DNA from: Dehalococcoidia bacterium
GTDB taxonomy: Bacteria; Chloroflexota; Dehalococcoidia; Plut-88900
Length of the DNA stretch: 64,000 bases
Assembly (NCBI GenBank): GCA_965207225.1
Contig: CBDBLV010000004.1
Location: 320,001-384,000 of the forward strand
Reading direction: 5' to 3'
The first letter of the stretch is position 1, and the number at the start of each line of letters is the position of its first letter. Under the pieces are notes generated by a model. It ran no database searches. It was given only the letters and a program-made list of their open reading frames with translations, and was not told where the DNA came from. Positions 1 to 10,763 of this stretch are shown here, piece by piece. The translations under genes and the position numbers were made by a program.

Positions 1-1
1 C

Positions 2-922
2 CAGGAGCTAGCCTTTACTTTCTCCAACGCCATCGCCTACGTACAGGCTGCGGTGGAAGCTGGAATGGACGTTGACAAGTTCGGGGCCCGGCTTTCCTTC
101 TTCTTTGTCAGCCAGAACAACCTCCTGGAAGAGGTCGCCAAGTTCCGGGCAGCCAGGAAGATATGGGCTCACATAATGAAGGAGCGCTTTGGCGCCCAGA
201 ACCCCCGCTCCTGGATGGTAAGGTTCCACACCCAGACAGCAGGGGCGGCCCTTACCGCTCAGCAGCCTGAGAACAATATCGTCAGGGTTACGATCCAGGC
301 CCTTGCCGCGGTGCTCGGGGGAACGCAGTCATTGCACACCAACTCCATGGACGAGGCCCTCGCACTCCCGTCCGAGAAAGCAGCCACCATCGCCCTCCGA
401 ACCCAGCAGATCGTTGCTAATGAGTCCGGTTGCGCCGACGTTATAGACCCGCTGGCCGGGTCATTCTATGTGGAAAGCCTCACCAGGCAACTTGAAGAGG
501 AAACGTTCAAATACATTGAGCGGATCGACGACTTTGGAGGCGCCTTGGGGGCCATCGAACGAGGGTTTATCCAGCAGGAGATCCAGGATAGTGCCTTCCG
601 ACTCCAGCAGGAGATAGAGGCGAACAAGCGCATCGTCGTCGGTGTGAACGCACACGAAAGTCCTCAACCGCCATTGCAAGGCACGTTGAAGATTGACCCA
701 CAGCTGGCTCGGGAGCAGGTGGAAAACCTTGGGAAAATCAAGCAGACCCGAGACCAGGACGCCGTAGACAACGCCCTGAGCTCCCTTAAGGATATTGCCT
801 TGGGAGACGGCAACACCATGCCCGCAATCCTGAACGCCGTCGAATCCTACGCAACACTGGGAGAAATCAGCGACGTGCTTCGGGACGTATTCGGCGACTA
901 CGAGCCTTCGGCGACCTTCTAA
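2..922 (+). CDS. Methylmalonyl-CoA mutase family, large (substrate-binding) subunit; 5'-partial
   Basis: Motifs QELAFT, RLSFFF, EEVAKFRAAR, RFHTQT, QSLHTNSMDEALALP and ATLGEI. The frame is open from the window start. Confidence 0.95.
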   Translation, partial: QELAFTFSNAIAYVQAAVEAGMDVDKFGARLSFFFVSQNNLLEEVAKFRAARKIWAHIMKERFGAQNPRSWMVRFHTQTAGAALTAQQPENNIVRVTIQALAAVLGGTQSLHTNSMDEALALPSEKAATIALRTQQIVANESGCADVIDPLAGSFYVESLTRQLEEETFKYIERIDDFGGALGAIERGFIQQEIQDSAFRLQQEIEANKRIVVGVNAHESPQPPLQGTLKIDPQLAREQVENLGKIKQTRDQDAVDNALSSLKDIALGDGNTMPAILNAVESYATLGEISDVLRDVFGDYEPSATF

Positions 923-982
923 TATTCCCGGAGTTTTCGGAATCTCAATCTCGTCTATTTCATACAAGTAAGGATTATCTGT

Positions 983-2131
983 ATGGATTTCAGTCTCACA
1001 GAAGAACAGAAACTGTTACAGACCAACGTGCGGGACTTCGCCAAGAGAGAAATCGCCCCTTCGGCAGCCAGGATTGACAGGGACGAGGAGTTTCCGTGGG
1101 ACAATATTCACAAGATGGGTGAAATGGGGCTGATGGGCGTCTCCATAGATACACGGTATGGCGGCTCGGGAGGAGGGTATGCTGAACTGGCCATCGTAGT
1201 TGAAGAATTAGCCCGAGTCTGTGCCTCGACCTCTCTCATCTACATCGCATCCCTTTCGCTGGCTTCGAAGTGCATCGAGGCTTTCGGCACCGCTGAGCAG
1301 AAGGCCTCATACCTCACTCCCCTCGCCCGAGGCCAACGCCTCGCCGCATTCGCCCTGTCGGAACCCAATGCCGGAAGCGACGTTGCCGCACTCCGCACCA
1401 GTGCTACTTCCCACGAGGGCGGTTATTTCCTCAACGGCAGCAAGACCTTCATCACCAACGGTGATCTGGCCGACACCATTGTCGTCTTCGCCACCGAGAA
1501 CCGGAGTCTGGGATCCAAGGGCATCTCCGCCTTCATAGTAGAAAAGGGCTACGAAGGTTTCATCGGACGCAACGAGCCTGGAAAGATGGGGATGCGCGGG
1601 TCCAACACGGCTGAGTTGTTCCTGGAAGATTGTCGGGTGCCGCCCGACAACCGTCTCGGAGAAGAGGGAAAGGGCATGCGTATAGCCCTGTCAACCATTG
1701 ATGCCAGCAGGATAACCATAGCAGCCCAGGCAGTGGGGATTGCCCAGGCTGCATTGGAGGCAGCGCTTGAGTATGCGCGGACCCGGCAGGCCTTCGGCCA
1801 GCCCATAGCCGACTTCCAGGCCATTCAATGGATGCTGGCCGATATGGCCACACAGGTCAACGCAGCGAGGCTCATCACCTACCAGGCCGCCGACAAAAAG
1901 GAGCGTGGGGAACCCTTCGGCCGGGAGTCGGCCATGGCAAAGGTCTACGCATCCGAAGTCGCAGGGTTCGTAACGTCCAAGGCTATCCAGATTCACGGCG
2001 GTTACGGCTACTTCAAGGAAAGCCCCGTCGAAAGATATTTCCGTGATGCCAAGGTGACGGAGATTTACGAAGGCACCTCGGAAGTCCAGCGGTTGGTCAT
2101 ATCCCGCGACATCATTCGATCGGGCCTATAG
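983..2131 (+). CDS. Acyl-CoA dehydrogenase (short/branched-chain type)
   Basis: Motifs FALSEPNAGSD, LNGSKTFITNG, QIHGGYGY and RDAKVTEIYEGTSEVQR. Confidence 0.95.
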   Translation: MDFSLTEEQKLLQTNVRDFAKREIAPSAARIDRDEEFPWDNIHKMGEMGLMGVSIDTRYGGSGGGYAELAIVVEELARVCASTSLIYIASLSLASKCIEAFGTAEQKASYLTPLARGQRLAAFALSEPNAGSDVAALRTSATSHEGGYFLNGSKTFITNGDLADTIVVFATENRSLGSKGISAFIVEKGYEGFIGRNEPGKMGMRGSNTAELFLEDCRVPPDNRLGEEGKGMRIALSTIDASRITIAAQAVGIAQAALEAALEYARTRQAFGQPIADFQAIQWMLADMATQVNAARLITYQAADKKERGEPFGRESAMAKVYASEVAGFVTSKAIQIHGGYGYFKESPVERYFRDAKVTEIYEGTSEVQRLVISRDIIRSGL

Positions 2132-2152
2132 ACCTCTATAGAGATCATCAGT

Positions 2153-2587
2153 ATGGAAAACAACACTCCCATTTGCCAGGCAAAGCACATCAATCACGTG
2201 GCCATAGTAGTGAAGGACGCGGCGGAGACTCTTCGCTTTTACCGGGAGACCTTCGGAGTCTCCAATGCTGCAATAGAAGAGGTCGCAGACCAGGGGGTGC
2301 TGGCTTCCCTGGTGGCCGTCGGCGGAACAAACCTGGAACTAATCCAGCCCGTGCGCCCCGACACCGGCGTGGCCCGTTTCCTTGACTCCCGCGGTGAGGC
2401 CCTTCACCACGTCTGCTTCGAAGTGGAAAACCTGCAAGGGACTTTGGACTCTTTAAAATCGAACGGGACCCGACTTATAGATGAATCTCCCCGCGAGGGC
2501 CTCGCCGGGATGATTGCCTTCTTACACCCCAAGTCAACACGCGGTGTACTTGTCGAATTGGTTGACAAAGACACAGTGAAATCGTAA
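2153..2587 (+). CDS. mce: Methylmalonyl-CoA epimerase (VOC family)
   Basis: Motifs [23 protein letters not shown] and [14 protein letters not shown]; lies between the mutase subunit genes. Confidence 0.9.
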   Translation: MENNTPICQAKHINHVAIVVKDAAETLRFYRETFGVSNAAIEEVADQGVLASLVAVGGTNLELIQPVRPDTGVARFLDSRGEALHHVCFEVENLQGTLDSLKSNGTRLIDESPREGLAGMIAFLHPKSTRGVLVELVDKDTVKS

Positions 2588-2610
2588 CTCTTCAGCCGGG
2601 GGCAGCGACG

Positions 2611-3033
2611 ATGACACAGACGGGAACAGAAACGATAAGGGTCCTGGTAGCCAAGCCGGGCTTGGACGGGCACGACAGGGGCGCAAAGGTGATAGCCCGA
2701 GCCCTTCGGGACGCAGGGATGGAGGTGATTTACACCGGCATCCGCCAGACCCCCGAGATGATCGCCGAGGCCTCTCTGCAGGAAGACGTGGACGTTGTCG
2801 CCATCAGCATCCTTAGCGGCGCTCACATGGAGCTATTGCCCCTGATAATTGGTGAGCTCAGGGACCGTGGCCTCGATGATCGGCTCGTCCTGGCGGGCGG
2901 AATAATTCCCGAAGACGACGTCTCTCCGCTGAAAGAGATGGGCGTTGGTGAAGTATTCGGGCCTGGCACATCCACCACAGATATAATCGACTACATCAGG
3001 TCGCACCAAGCCGAAAGCTCAGATCCAGACTAG
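2611..3033 (+). CDS. Cobalamin-binding subunit of methylmalonyl-CoA mutase
   Basis: [13 protein letters not shown] (DxHxxG B12-binding motif), SILSGAH and GGIIP. Confidence 0.95.
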   Translation: MTQTGTETIRVLVAKPGLDGHDRGAKVIARALRDAGMEVIYTGIRQTPEMIAEASLQEDVDVVAISILSGAHMELLPLIIGELRDRGLDDRLVLAGGIIPEDDVSPLKEMGVGEVFGPGTSTTDIIDYIRSHQAESSDPD

Positions 3034-3074
3034 CAGGCCCAAGTCCTTGATTCAGGCTGCAGGGCTCCATTTCC

Positions 3075-3884
3075 ATGCCTGAAAGCTCCTCACCAACAAG
3101 CCCCCTGACCGACCGTATCCTGTCTACCCTCAAGGAGTTGGGGCGCGATCGCGATTCCCTCACTTACCGAGATCTGATTCCTGTCAGCGAGCTTCACAAC
3201 CGGGGCAAGCAAGCTACCTCCGACTTGGCCCGGTTGGCAGGGGTTCAACCACATCACCATGTGCTTGATGTCGGCTGCGGCATCGGAGGGCCGGCCCGGA
3301 CCCTGGCCGCCGAGTTTGGGTGCCGGATCACCGGGGTGGATATTTCAGAAGAATTCTGTACTGCCGCCCGTTCCCTAAATGAATTGGTAGGCCTTTCGCT
3401 GCATATCGAGATTCGCCAAGCTGACGCCCTGGCTCTCCCCGTCGAAGACAATTCTTTCGACATCGTCTGGACACAGCACGCTTCCATGAACATCGCTGAT
3501 AAACCGGGCTTATTTACCGAAATGTACCGGGTCCTGAAGCCCAACGGCAAACTCGCTCTCCACGACGTGATGGCAGGCCCGGTTCAGCCCATTCGCTTCC
3601 CCGTCCCCTGGGCCCCGGACCCATCCGTCAGCTTTCTTGTCACCCGCGACGAAGTGCGCACCTTTGCCCAAGCCTCCGAATTCCGTGAGCTTGCCTGGCA
3701 AGACCATACCCGGTTGACCGAGGAGTGGTGGCAGAACATGCATGAACGCGCATCCGGGCAAAAGCCTTCACCTCTCAATCCGGGTCTCGTAATGGGGTCG
3801 CAATTTCCCGTGATGGCGAATAATATGTACCGGAACATCAGGGAGCGCCGGGTCGCCATAGTACAGGCCGTATTCCGGAAATAG
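3075..3884 (+). CDS. Class I SAM-dependent methyltransferase
   Basis: VLDVGCGIGG motif I, ADALALP, and FDIVWTQHASMNIADK. Confidence 0.9.
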   Translation: MPESSSPTSPLTDRILSTLKELGRDRDSLTYRDLIPVSELHNRGKQATSDLARLAGVQPHHHVLDVGCGIGGPARTLAAEFGCRITGVDISEEFCTAARSLNELVGLSLHIEIRQADALALPVEDNSFDIVWTQHASMNIADKPGLFTEMYRVLKPNGKLALHDVMAGPVQPIRFPVPWAPDPSVSFLVTRDEVRTFAQASEFRELAWQDHTRLTEEWWQNMHERASGQKPSPLNPGLVMGSQFPVMANNMYRNIRERRVAIVQAVFRK

Positions 3885-3930
3885 CCGACCCTCGGACCCC
3901 CGTCAATCGCATGATTGGAGATCTCTGCCC

Positions 3931-4779
3931 ATGCAAATTGGAGCCCACGTATCAACCGCAGGCGGCCTGGATAACGCCATAGGGAATGCCCAAAACATCG
4001 GGGCAGAGTGTGTACAAATCTTCGCGTCGGCACCCCAGAGCTGGCGGTATAAAGTGCCTGCCGAAGACATGATCACCTCGTTCAAGGAGAAGGCCCAGGA
4101 GGCCGACATCACGTCCGTATTCTTCCACGGGGTCTATTTGATCAACCTGGGCACGGAGAAGGAAGAACAACTTGATAAGGGCGTCGACTCCCTCGTCAGC
4201 CACATGTCACTGGCCTCAGATATCAACGCACAGGGCGTAATCTTTCACCTTGGCAGCCACAAGGGCCGGGGCTTCGATGGCGTCCTGCCACAAGTTGTGT
4301 CCGCCATGTCCCACGTCCTCCAAAACACCCCCGAGGACACCTGGCTCATCATCGAAAACGCTGCCGGAATGGGCAATCATATAGGTGCGGGGTTCGGGGA
4401 AATCGGCCAGGTGATAAAGGGTTTGACCGACGACCGCGTAAAGGTCTGCCTGGACACGGCCCACACCTTCGCCGCCGGATACAACATCGCCGACCCATCG
4501 GGCATCGAGGACGCGATGAACGAGTTCGACTCAGAAATCGGATTCGACAAGCTTGTTGCCGTTCACGCCAACGACTCCAAGATCCCTCTGGGCGGCGGCA
4601 AGGACCGCCACGAGAACATTGGCGAGGGATATATCGGTCGGGAGGGCTTCGAGGTCATAATGGCCCATCCTGCCTTTGCCGACGTGCCCTTCCTCCTGGA
4701 GGTGCCCGGCTTCGAAAGAAAGGGCCCCGACCGCCAGAACATCGAAATCCTCCAGTCCATCCGGGACGCCAACGCCTAA
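3931..4779 (+). CDS. nfo: Endonuclease IV (AP endonuclease)
   Basis: Motifs IGAHVS, HGVYLINL, FHLGSH, IIENAAG, VCLDTAH, HANDSK and DRHENIGEG. Confidence 0.95.
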   Translation: MQIGAHVSTAGGLDNAIGNAQNIGAECVQIFASAPQSWRYKVPAEDMITSFKEKAQEADITSVFFHGVYLINLGTEKEEQLDKGVDSLVSHMSLASDINAQGVIFHLGSHKGRGFDGVLPQVVSAMSHVLQNTPEDTWLIIENAAGMGNHIGAGFGEIGQVIKGLTDDRVKVCLDTAHTFAAGYNIADPSGIEDAMNEFDSEIGFDKLVAVHANDSKIPLGGGKDRHENIGEGYIGREGFEVIMAHPAFADVPFLLEVPGFERKGPDRQNIEILQSIRDANA

Positions 4780-5777
4780 TGCCTCGACCACCTTTCCTCA
4801 CCCTTCTCGTTGTCCTAACCCTCGGCCTGCTTTTCGTCTCTTGCGGCCCGGGTAGGGGCGATTTGCTAGTCTTTACTTCTGAAGACGAGACCCGTCACGT
4901 TTACATCCGCGAGAAAGACAGTCCTCCCCTTCAAGTAACCGACGGCTCTTCCGACAACCACTCGCCTCGCTTATCCCCCGACGGCGATCTCATAGCCTTC
5001 GTCTCGGACAGGGACGGCAACCCTGACGTTTACGTCATGGACCGGGATGGGGAGAACATCAGGAAGATATCCCATGAGGTGGGCGCCGTTTCTCATCCCA
5101 GATGGGCCCCAGACGGTGCCCGGCTCGCCTTCCTGGCCCGGGATGAAGAGGGCAGGACGCAGATTTACCTCTCCAGCGTCGAGGAGCCGGAGGCCCAGCG
5201 CTTGACGGTTGAAGGCTACGTGGAGGGCTCGCCCGCATGGTCCCCGGACGGGGAATGGGTCGCCTTCACGCTTACGGATGAAGAGGGTTCGGGGCTGGGG
5301 ATATACCTCCGGAATCCCGGCGGTGTCAACCAGATAGCCCTCACCGATGGGCCCGACTTCAGCCCCACCTGGTCCCCCGACTCCGACCAGATAGCATTCC
5401 AGTCATCCAGGAACGGCAACGATGACATCTACGTCATCGACATCGAGGAGGACTTTTCGGGCCAGCCCCGACGTATCACTACCAACTCCGCCCGCGACTA
5501 CAACCCCACATGGTCTCCTGACGGCGATCATATCGCCTTCATCTCCGAACGTAACGACAACCCCGAAATCTACGTGACCGAGCCCGACGGCACCGTCGTC
5601 TCCCGCTTGACGAGCAACCAAGCCGAAGAGACCGAGGTAGTATGGATGGCTGACGGCCAAATCGCTTTCGTCTCCCACCTGCACGGCAACGCCGACATCT
5701 ACATCATGGATGTCGAGGGTGAGGCACAGGCCCAGGTCAGCAGCCACCCGGGCCCCGACACCCAGCCCCACGGATAG
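4779..5777 (+). CDS. TolB-like beta-propeller (PD40 repeat) lipoprotein
   Basis: Hydrophobic signal ending in FVSC (lipobox-like) and repeated PxWSPDG-x-IAF-x-S-R units. The start overlaps the nfo stop (TAATG). Confidence 0.85.
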   Translation: MPRPPFLTLLVVLTLGLLFVSCGPGRGDLLVFTSEDETRHVYIREKDSPPLQVTDGSSDNHSPRLSPDGDLIAFVSDRDGNPDVYVMDRDGENIRKISHEVGAVSHPRWAPDGARLAFLARDEEGRTQIYLSSVEEPEAQRLTVEGYVEGSPAWSPDGEWVAFTLTDEEGSGLGIYLRNPGGVNQIALTDGPDFSPTWSPDSDQIAFQSSRNGNDDIYVIDIEEDFSGQPRRITTNSARDYNPTWSPDGDHIAFISERNDNPEIYVTEPDGTVVSRLTSNQAEETEVVWMADGQIAFVSHLHGNADIYIMDVEGEAQAQVSSHPGPDTQPHG

Positions 5778-5806
5778 CCCCCCTTCCATCTCTTTTCTAG
5801 TCGCCC

Positions 5807-5839
5807 TATAATTTGATCAAACCCCCACCCCAGGGGTAT
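5807..5839 (+). promoter_or_regulatory. TATAAT -10 box followed by a putative CsoR operator (C-tract/G-tract pseudo-palindrome)
   Basis: TATAAT at 5807-5812, then ACCCCCACCCCAGGGGTAT at 5821-5839, then the AAGGAG RBS of csoR. The arrangement resembles known CsoR operators. Confidence 0.6.
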
Positions 5840-5857
5840 GGGTCAAGGAGATCACTG

Positions 5858-6124
5858 ATGAAACCCGACGCCAGGGAAGAAACCCTCCGCCGACTTAACT
5901 ATATTGAAGGGCATTTGGACGGGATCCGTCGTATGGTCCGGGAGGACAAGTATTGCGTCGACATCCTCAAACAGACCTACGCCGTCCGAAAGTCCATCGA
6001 GAAACTGGAGCAGGTAATGCTTGGCAGCCACATGGAGACCTGCGTAATCACTGGAATACAGCAGGGCAGAGAGGCCCAGGTGGTTACGGAGCTCAAGGAG
6101 TTATACAAGGTGGCCGACAACTGA
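5858..6124 (+). CDS. csoR: CsoR-family copper-sensing repressor
   Basis: RRLNYIEGHLDGIRRMV, YCVDILKQ and HMETCV (Cys-His-Cys Cu ligands). ATG at 5858 follows AAGGAG. Confidence 0.9.
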   Translation: MKPDAREETLRRLNYIEGHLDGIRRMVREDKYCVDILKQTYAVRKSIEKLEQVMLGSHMETCVITGIQQGREAQVVTELKELYKVADN

Positions 6125-6149
6125 TCCCAACGGGGATGGAGAAAACCCA

Positions 6150-6353
6150 ATGAGCATTCTGTCCATATTCAAGAAGAAGCCGGAACTGGCCCGAGACCCA
6201 ATCTGCCACATGATGGTTGATCCGGCCAAGGCCCGGGCATCGAGCGAATTTGAAGGCGTCACCTATTACTTCTGTGCTCCCGGCTGCAAGATGCTATTCG
6301 AAGAAGACCCGGCCGGGCACATATCCTCTGAAAAGCCCGCCTTAGAGATGTAG
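6150..6353 (+). CDS. YHS-domain protein
   Basis: DPICHMMV...YYFCAPGCK...FEEDP YHS signature, located in the copper locus. Confidence 0.85.
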   Translation: MSILSIFKKKPELARDPICHMMVDPAKARASSEFEGVTYYFCAPGCKMLFEEDPAGHISSEKPALEM

Positions 6354-6368
6354 GCCCCTACTCCCGAC

Positions 6369-8762
6369 ATGGCATTCGACCTCGCCCTATCCCTCGGCGC
6401 CCTCGCCCTTGCCGCCGTCGTCCTCTGGTTTTTCCTCGGAAAGAGGACGCCATTGCCCGCTGCAGCGCAGATGCCGCAGTCATCCTTGGGTGATCTCACC
6501 GAGCCTCCAGACCATCTGGAATCAGACTCAGCAGCCGATACCGAGCAAGCCCGACTCTCCGTCCTGGGCATGACCTGCGCCTCATGCGTTCTGGCCATCG
6601 ACCGTACGCTGCGGGCGGTACCTGGGGTTGCCGATGCCAACGTTAACCTCGCTGCGGAGCAGGCCTCGGTCAGCTTCGACCCGCGACAAGTGACTCCTGC
6701 CGAGATGATCACTGCTATCCAGGATGTGGGGTACGACGCCCGCATAGCCGGGGGACTCCAGGAGTCGCAGGAAGCCGAAGAGAGCGCCAGGCAAAGGGAC
6801 ATGCGCCTTTTGATGCTCAAGTTTGGCGTCGGGGCGCCGCTTGCAGTGTTGCTGTTTATCGGAAGCAGCGGAGACTTGTTGAGGTGGGACCCGGGCTTGC
6901 TGGCCAATCACTACCTGCAATTCGGGCTGGCGGCGCCGGTTCAGTTCTGGGTCGGGTGGCAGTTTCTGGCTTCGGCCTGGAAGTCGGCCCGACACCGCAT
7001 GGCCGACATGAACACCCTGATCGCTGTAGGCACCATGGCTGCGTTCACTTTTAGCGCCGTGGCGACCTTTGCCGAAGGGGCTTTGCCGGATACGGTCTCA
7101 AGCAAGGTGTATTTTGATACGGCGGCAATCATCATCAGCCTCATATTACTGGGTCGCCTCCTCGAGGCCCGGGCCAAATCCAGGACATCCGAGGCCATTC
7201 GAAAGCTGGTCGGGCTCCAGCCCCAGACTGCCAGGGTTGTCAGGAATGGTGAGGAGCTGGAGGTCCCGATTTCCGAGGTCAGAGTCGCCGACCATCTCCT
7301 GGTAAAGCCCAGTGAAAAAGTCCCCGTCGACGGTGTAATGCTCTCAGGCACTACCTCCATCGACGAGTCGATGGTGACGGGAGAGAGTGTGCCGGCGGAC
7401 AAGGGCCCCGGGGACCGGGTTATAGGCGCGACTCTTAACACGGTTGGCGCCTTCACTATGGAGGCGACGCGTACAGGAGAAGAGGGGCTGCTGGGACAGA
7501 TTGCCCTCATGGTCAGGGACGCCCAGGGGTCCCGGGCCGCCATCCAGCGCCTCGTAGACGTTGTGGCGGGCTACTTTGTGCCGGGGGTGATGCTGGTGGC
7601 CTTCGCCACCTTCGCCGCCTGGACCCTCGCCCCTTCGGACCCAGAGCTTAACCGCAGCATTGCCGCCGCGGTTGCCGTTCTGATCATCGCCTGTCCGTGT
7701 GCACTCGGCCTGGCAACGCCCACGTCCATAATGGTCGGGACCGGCAAGGGCGCCGAGTACGGTGTCCTAATCCGAAACGCCGAGACCCTGGAAACCGCCC
7801 ACCGCATCGACACCATAGTCTTCGATAAAACCGGCACCTTGACCCACGGACAACCCTCCTTGACCGAAATCAGACCGGCGCCGGGATTCGCTGCCGAACA
7901 ATTCCTGGCCCTTGCCGCCTCCGCCGAACGCGTTTCCGAGCACCCCGTGGCCCGGGCCATCACGTCTTCCGCATTGGAAAGGGGCCTCAGCATCTCCGAG
8001 CCATCGGAATTCGAGATGAAGCCGGGGCAGGGGATTCGGGCCACGGTGGACGGGAAGGCGGTCGCGGTGGGCAACCAGGCGCTTATGACAAGCCTCGGCG
8101 TGCCCGTCGAATGCCTGCTGGATGATTTCGATACCCTGGCCAAGGCTGGAAACACGCCCATGTTTGTCGCCATAGACCAAGAGCCGGCGGCGGTCATAGC
8201 CGTAGCGGACACCTTGAAGGAAGATGCCGCCCAGGCGGTCCGAGATATGAAGCGCATGGGTATGCGCACTATCATGATCACGGGCGACAACCGATTCGCG
8301 GCCCAGGCAATCGCCGACAGCGTAGGGATTGATGAGGTGATCGCAGAGGTGCTGCCCCAGGACAAGGCAAGGCGAATATCAGAGCTCCAGGCGGAAGGCA
8401 GAATCGTGGCCATGGTTGGGGATGGCATAAACGATGCCCCCGCCCTCGCCCAGGCCAATGTCGGCATCGCCATCGGCGCCGGCACCGACATCGCTATCGA
8501 AGCGGCCGACGTGACTCTAATGGGTGAACGACTCTCGGGGGTGGTCACGGCTATAAAACTCAGCGCCGCTACCATGCGGAACATCAAGCAGAACCTGTTC
8601 TTTGCATTCGTCTATAACACCGCCGGCGTCCCCATTGCAGCCGGTGTGCTCTTCCCGCTCTTCGGGTTGCTGCTGAATCCTGGAATCGCCGCTCTGGCCA
8701 TGGCCGCCAGTTCTCTCTCAGTTCTGACTAACGCCCTCCGCTTGCGTGGGTTTAGGCCCTAG
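6369..8762 (+). CDS. copA: Cu(I)-translocating P1B-type ATPase
   Basis: GMTCASC HMA domain, [30 protein letters not shown] and MAASS. Confidence 0.95.
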   Translation: MAFDLALSLGALALAAVVLWFFLGKRTPLPAAAQMPQSSLGDLTEPPDHLESDSAADTEQARLSVLGMTCASCVLAIDRTLRAVPGVADANVNLAAEQASVSFDPRQVTPAEMITAIQDVGYDARIAGGLQESQEAEESARQRDMRLLMLKFGVGAPLAVLLFIGSSGDLLRWDPGLLANHYLQFGLAAPVQFWVGWQFLASAWKSARHRMADMNTLIAVGTMAAFTFSAVATFAEGALPDTVSSKVYFDTAAIIISLILLGRLLEARAKSRTSEAIRKLVGLQPQTARVVRNGEELEVPISEVRVADHLLVKPSEKVPVDGVMLSGTTSIDESMVTGESVPADKGPGDRVIGATLNTVGAFTMEATRTGEEGLLGQIALMVRDAQGSRAAIQRLVDVVAGYFVPGVMLVAFATFAAWTLAPSDPELNRSIAAAVAVLIIACPCALGLATPTSIMVGTGKGAEYGVLIRNAETLETAHRIDTIVFDKTGTLTHGQPSLTEIRPAPGFAAEQFLALAASAERVSEHPVARAITSSALERGLSISEPSEFEMKPGQGIRATVDGKAVAVGNQALMTSLGVPVECLLDDFDTLAKAGNTPMFVAIDQEPAAVIAVADTLKEDAAQAVRDMKRMGMRTIMITGDNRFAAQAIADSVGIDEVIAEVLPQDKARRISELQAEGRIVAMVGDGINDAPALAQANVGIAIGAGTDIAIEAADVTLMGERLSGVVTAIKLSAATMRNIKQNLFFAFVYNTAGVPIAAGVLFPLFGLLLNPGIAALAMAASSLSVLTNALRLRGFRP

Positions 8763-8885
8763 CCCCGACTCTTCTCCAACCCCAGGCCTAGCGCTTTCGA
8801 CTCCACGGGTATCGGGCGCGGAACCGCGCCCGTAACCGAAAATGCTGTACCATTACCGCCAAATTCCTCTGGAAAGGCGCTATTG

Positions 8886-9971
8886 ATGCAGCTTCCCGAA
8901 TGGGACAAGTCCCTCATCGACAAATGCAAGGCTGCCAACATCCTCTACCTCTCCATGTGCAGCGCCCTGGAGCTTTCAACGCTGCGAGCCCACGGACAGG
9001 AAGCTGCCGCTACCCTTATGTTCAAGATGCTTCGCCGGCACCAGCTCGATCATTTCCTGCCGGGCCTGAAGAAGCTGGGAATCGACAAAGACCCGTCCGA
9101 CGCCGTCAAGTCCGCGAAATACCACTATTTCTCCAATATCCTGGGTGGGCTGGAAGTCGAGTTCATGGAAGAGACCCCCGAAAAAGCCTGGGTCCGATAC
9201 CCGCCGCCCTTCGCAATGTCCGACAGCCCGTTCACGCCCAGCGCCGCCGTCGCCGCCTACGCCCCGGAGGTAGGACACGCCGTGTTCCGGGCCTGGCACG
9301 CTCACAACGGCGTCTCGCTGGGGAACCCGAGGCTCGGGTTCGTCATGACCCAGGTCGCCCACCAGGGGGACCCGTGCCTCGAGGGCTACTTCAAGATCTT
9401 CGACCGGGACCTGGAACCCGACGAACGTCTCCAGTTCAGCCCCACCGAGCGCGGCCCGGCCTTTGATCCCTCAACAGCGCCGAAACTCCCCGTAGAGGAG
9501 TGGACCGAGGTCCGTGCAGCCCGGGCCCTCCGCAACTACGCAGTGGAATACGTCACCAGCCACGTTAACGCCCTCATGGAGATGTACGGCATCAGCGGCG
9601 CCCGACCCATCGTGGAACACGCAAGTCGGGTGATCTACGCCCAGCTGTCCCGCAAGGTCATCGACGACTACAACCTCGGAGACGTAGACCCAGGCCCCGA
9701 GGCCCTCGCCCTTTTCATCAAACGGGACCGCGAGTCGCTCCACGAAGAAGTCGAGGTTGAGAAGTTAAGCGATGGGGCCTTTCGGGTCCGGCAGCACTCC
9801 CGAAACCCGAGGCTCTTCCCACCCTCCAACCCCATGCCCGTAGAGATAGAGGACGCCCTGCACCAGGGCTGGCGCATCCTGGCCGGCGAGATGCAGTTTG
9901 GCATGGACGTGAAGATGACTTCTATGCTAGCCGCCGGGGATCCGTGCAACGAGTGGGTCATTCGGGCCTAG
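8886..9971 (+). CDS. Conserved hypothetical protein with two similar halves (V4R/ATC-hydrolase-like?)
   Basis: Long ORF with normal protein composition. Both halves end in T-x5-GDPC-x-E. Confidence 0.75.
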   Translation: MQLPEWDKSLIDKCKAANILYLSMCSALELSTLRAHGQEAAATLMFKMLRRHQLDHFLPGLKKLGIDKDPSDAVKSAKYHYFSNILGGLEVEFMEETPEKAWVRYPPPFAMSDSPFTPSAAVAAYAPEVGHAVFRAWHAHNGVSLGNPRLGFVMTQVAHQGDPCLEGYFKIFDRDLEPDERLQFSPTERGPAFDPSTAPKLPVEEWTEVRAARALRNYAVEYVTSHVNALMEMYGISGARPIVEHASRVIYAQLSRKVIDDYNLGDVDPGPEALALFIKRDRESLHEEVEVEKLSDGAFRVRQHSRNPRLFPPSNPMPVEIEDALHQGWRILAGEMQFGMDVKMTSMLAAGDPCNEWVIRA

Positions 9972-9999
9972 AACGTCTCAGGAAACCAAGGAGGACACC

Positions 10000-10404
10000 A
10001 TGGCTCCCAAATATTGGAAAGAATCGGACTCCACGGGCATCATATCCCGGCCCGTTCACCACGGCGAAGGTGATATAGACATGCGCGGCTTCTTCGATAC
10101 CGTCTCCAGCCTTCCCGTCAAGTTCCACGTCTGGGAGATGGCCCCGGGAGTCAGCGAAGGAGCCCACATCCACGAAGGCGAAAACTCGCTGGAAGAGCTG
10201 TACTACTTCCTGGATGGACGCGGCGAAATGTGGTTCGGGGAGGAGACGTTGCAGGTCAAGGCCGGGGACGCGGTCCTCGTACCGCAGGACGTAGACCACG
10301 GGATGCGCAACAACTCAGACAAACCCATGAGGGTGATCGTAGTCTGGGGTAAGCCCGACCGTCAAGCCGCGGGCGTGCTCTCAATGGGACGGGGGAAGGA
10401 TTAG
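10000..10404 (+). CDS. Cupin domain protein
   Basis: PG-x4-AHIH, EELYYFLDG, GDAVLVP and H motifs; GGAGG RBS. Confidence 0.85.
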   Translation: MAPKYWKESDSTGIISRPVHHGEGDIDMRGFFDTVSSLPVKFHVWEMAPGVSEGAHIHEGENSLEELYYFLDGRGEMWFGEETLQVKAGDAVLVPQDVDHGMRNNSDKPMRVIVVWGKPDRQAAGVLSMGRGKD

Positions 10405-10419
10405 GGTCTGGGGGCCCAG

Positions 10420-10671
10420 CTAGTCTTCTTGGAAGAAGTTGACGTTGATGTCGTAGTACTGGGCCCAGTACTCGGGGACCTCTGACTCTTCGAAGATCGC
10501 CGTGACCGGACAGACGGGCTCGCATGCGGCGCAGTCGATGCACTCGTCGGGGTCGATATAGAGCATGTCCTCGCCCTCACCGTCGGAGGGGTGGATACAG
10601 TCGACGGGGCAGACCTCCACGCATGCCAGGTCTTTAACTCCTATGCAGGGCTCAGCGATTATGTAGGTCAT
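10420..10671 (-). CDS. Dicluster (7Fe-type) ferredoxin
   Basis: [26 protein letters not shown] and [18 protein letters not shown]. Confidence 0.93.
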   Translation of the reverse strand: MTYIIAEPCIGVKDLACVEVCPVDCIHPSDGEGEDMLYIDPDECIDCAACEPVCPVTAIFEESEVPEYWAQYYDINVNFFQED

Positions 10672-10763
10672 TTAGGCGAGGCCTCCAAGCTTTAGGGTCC
10701 GAATGGTCTATATCCAGGGTGCAAACCCGCTCTATTCTAATATCTTATCGCCGGTGACTCAAT

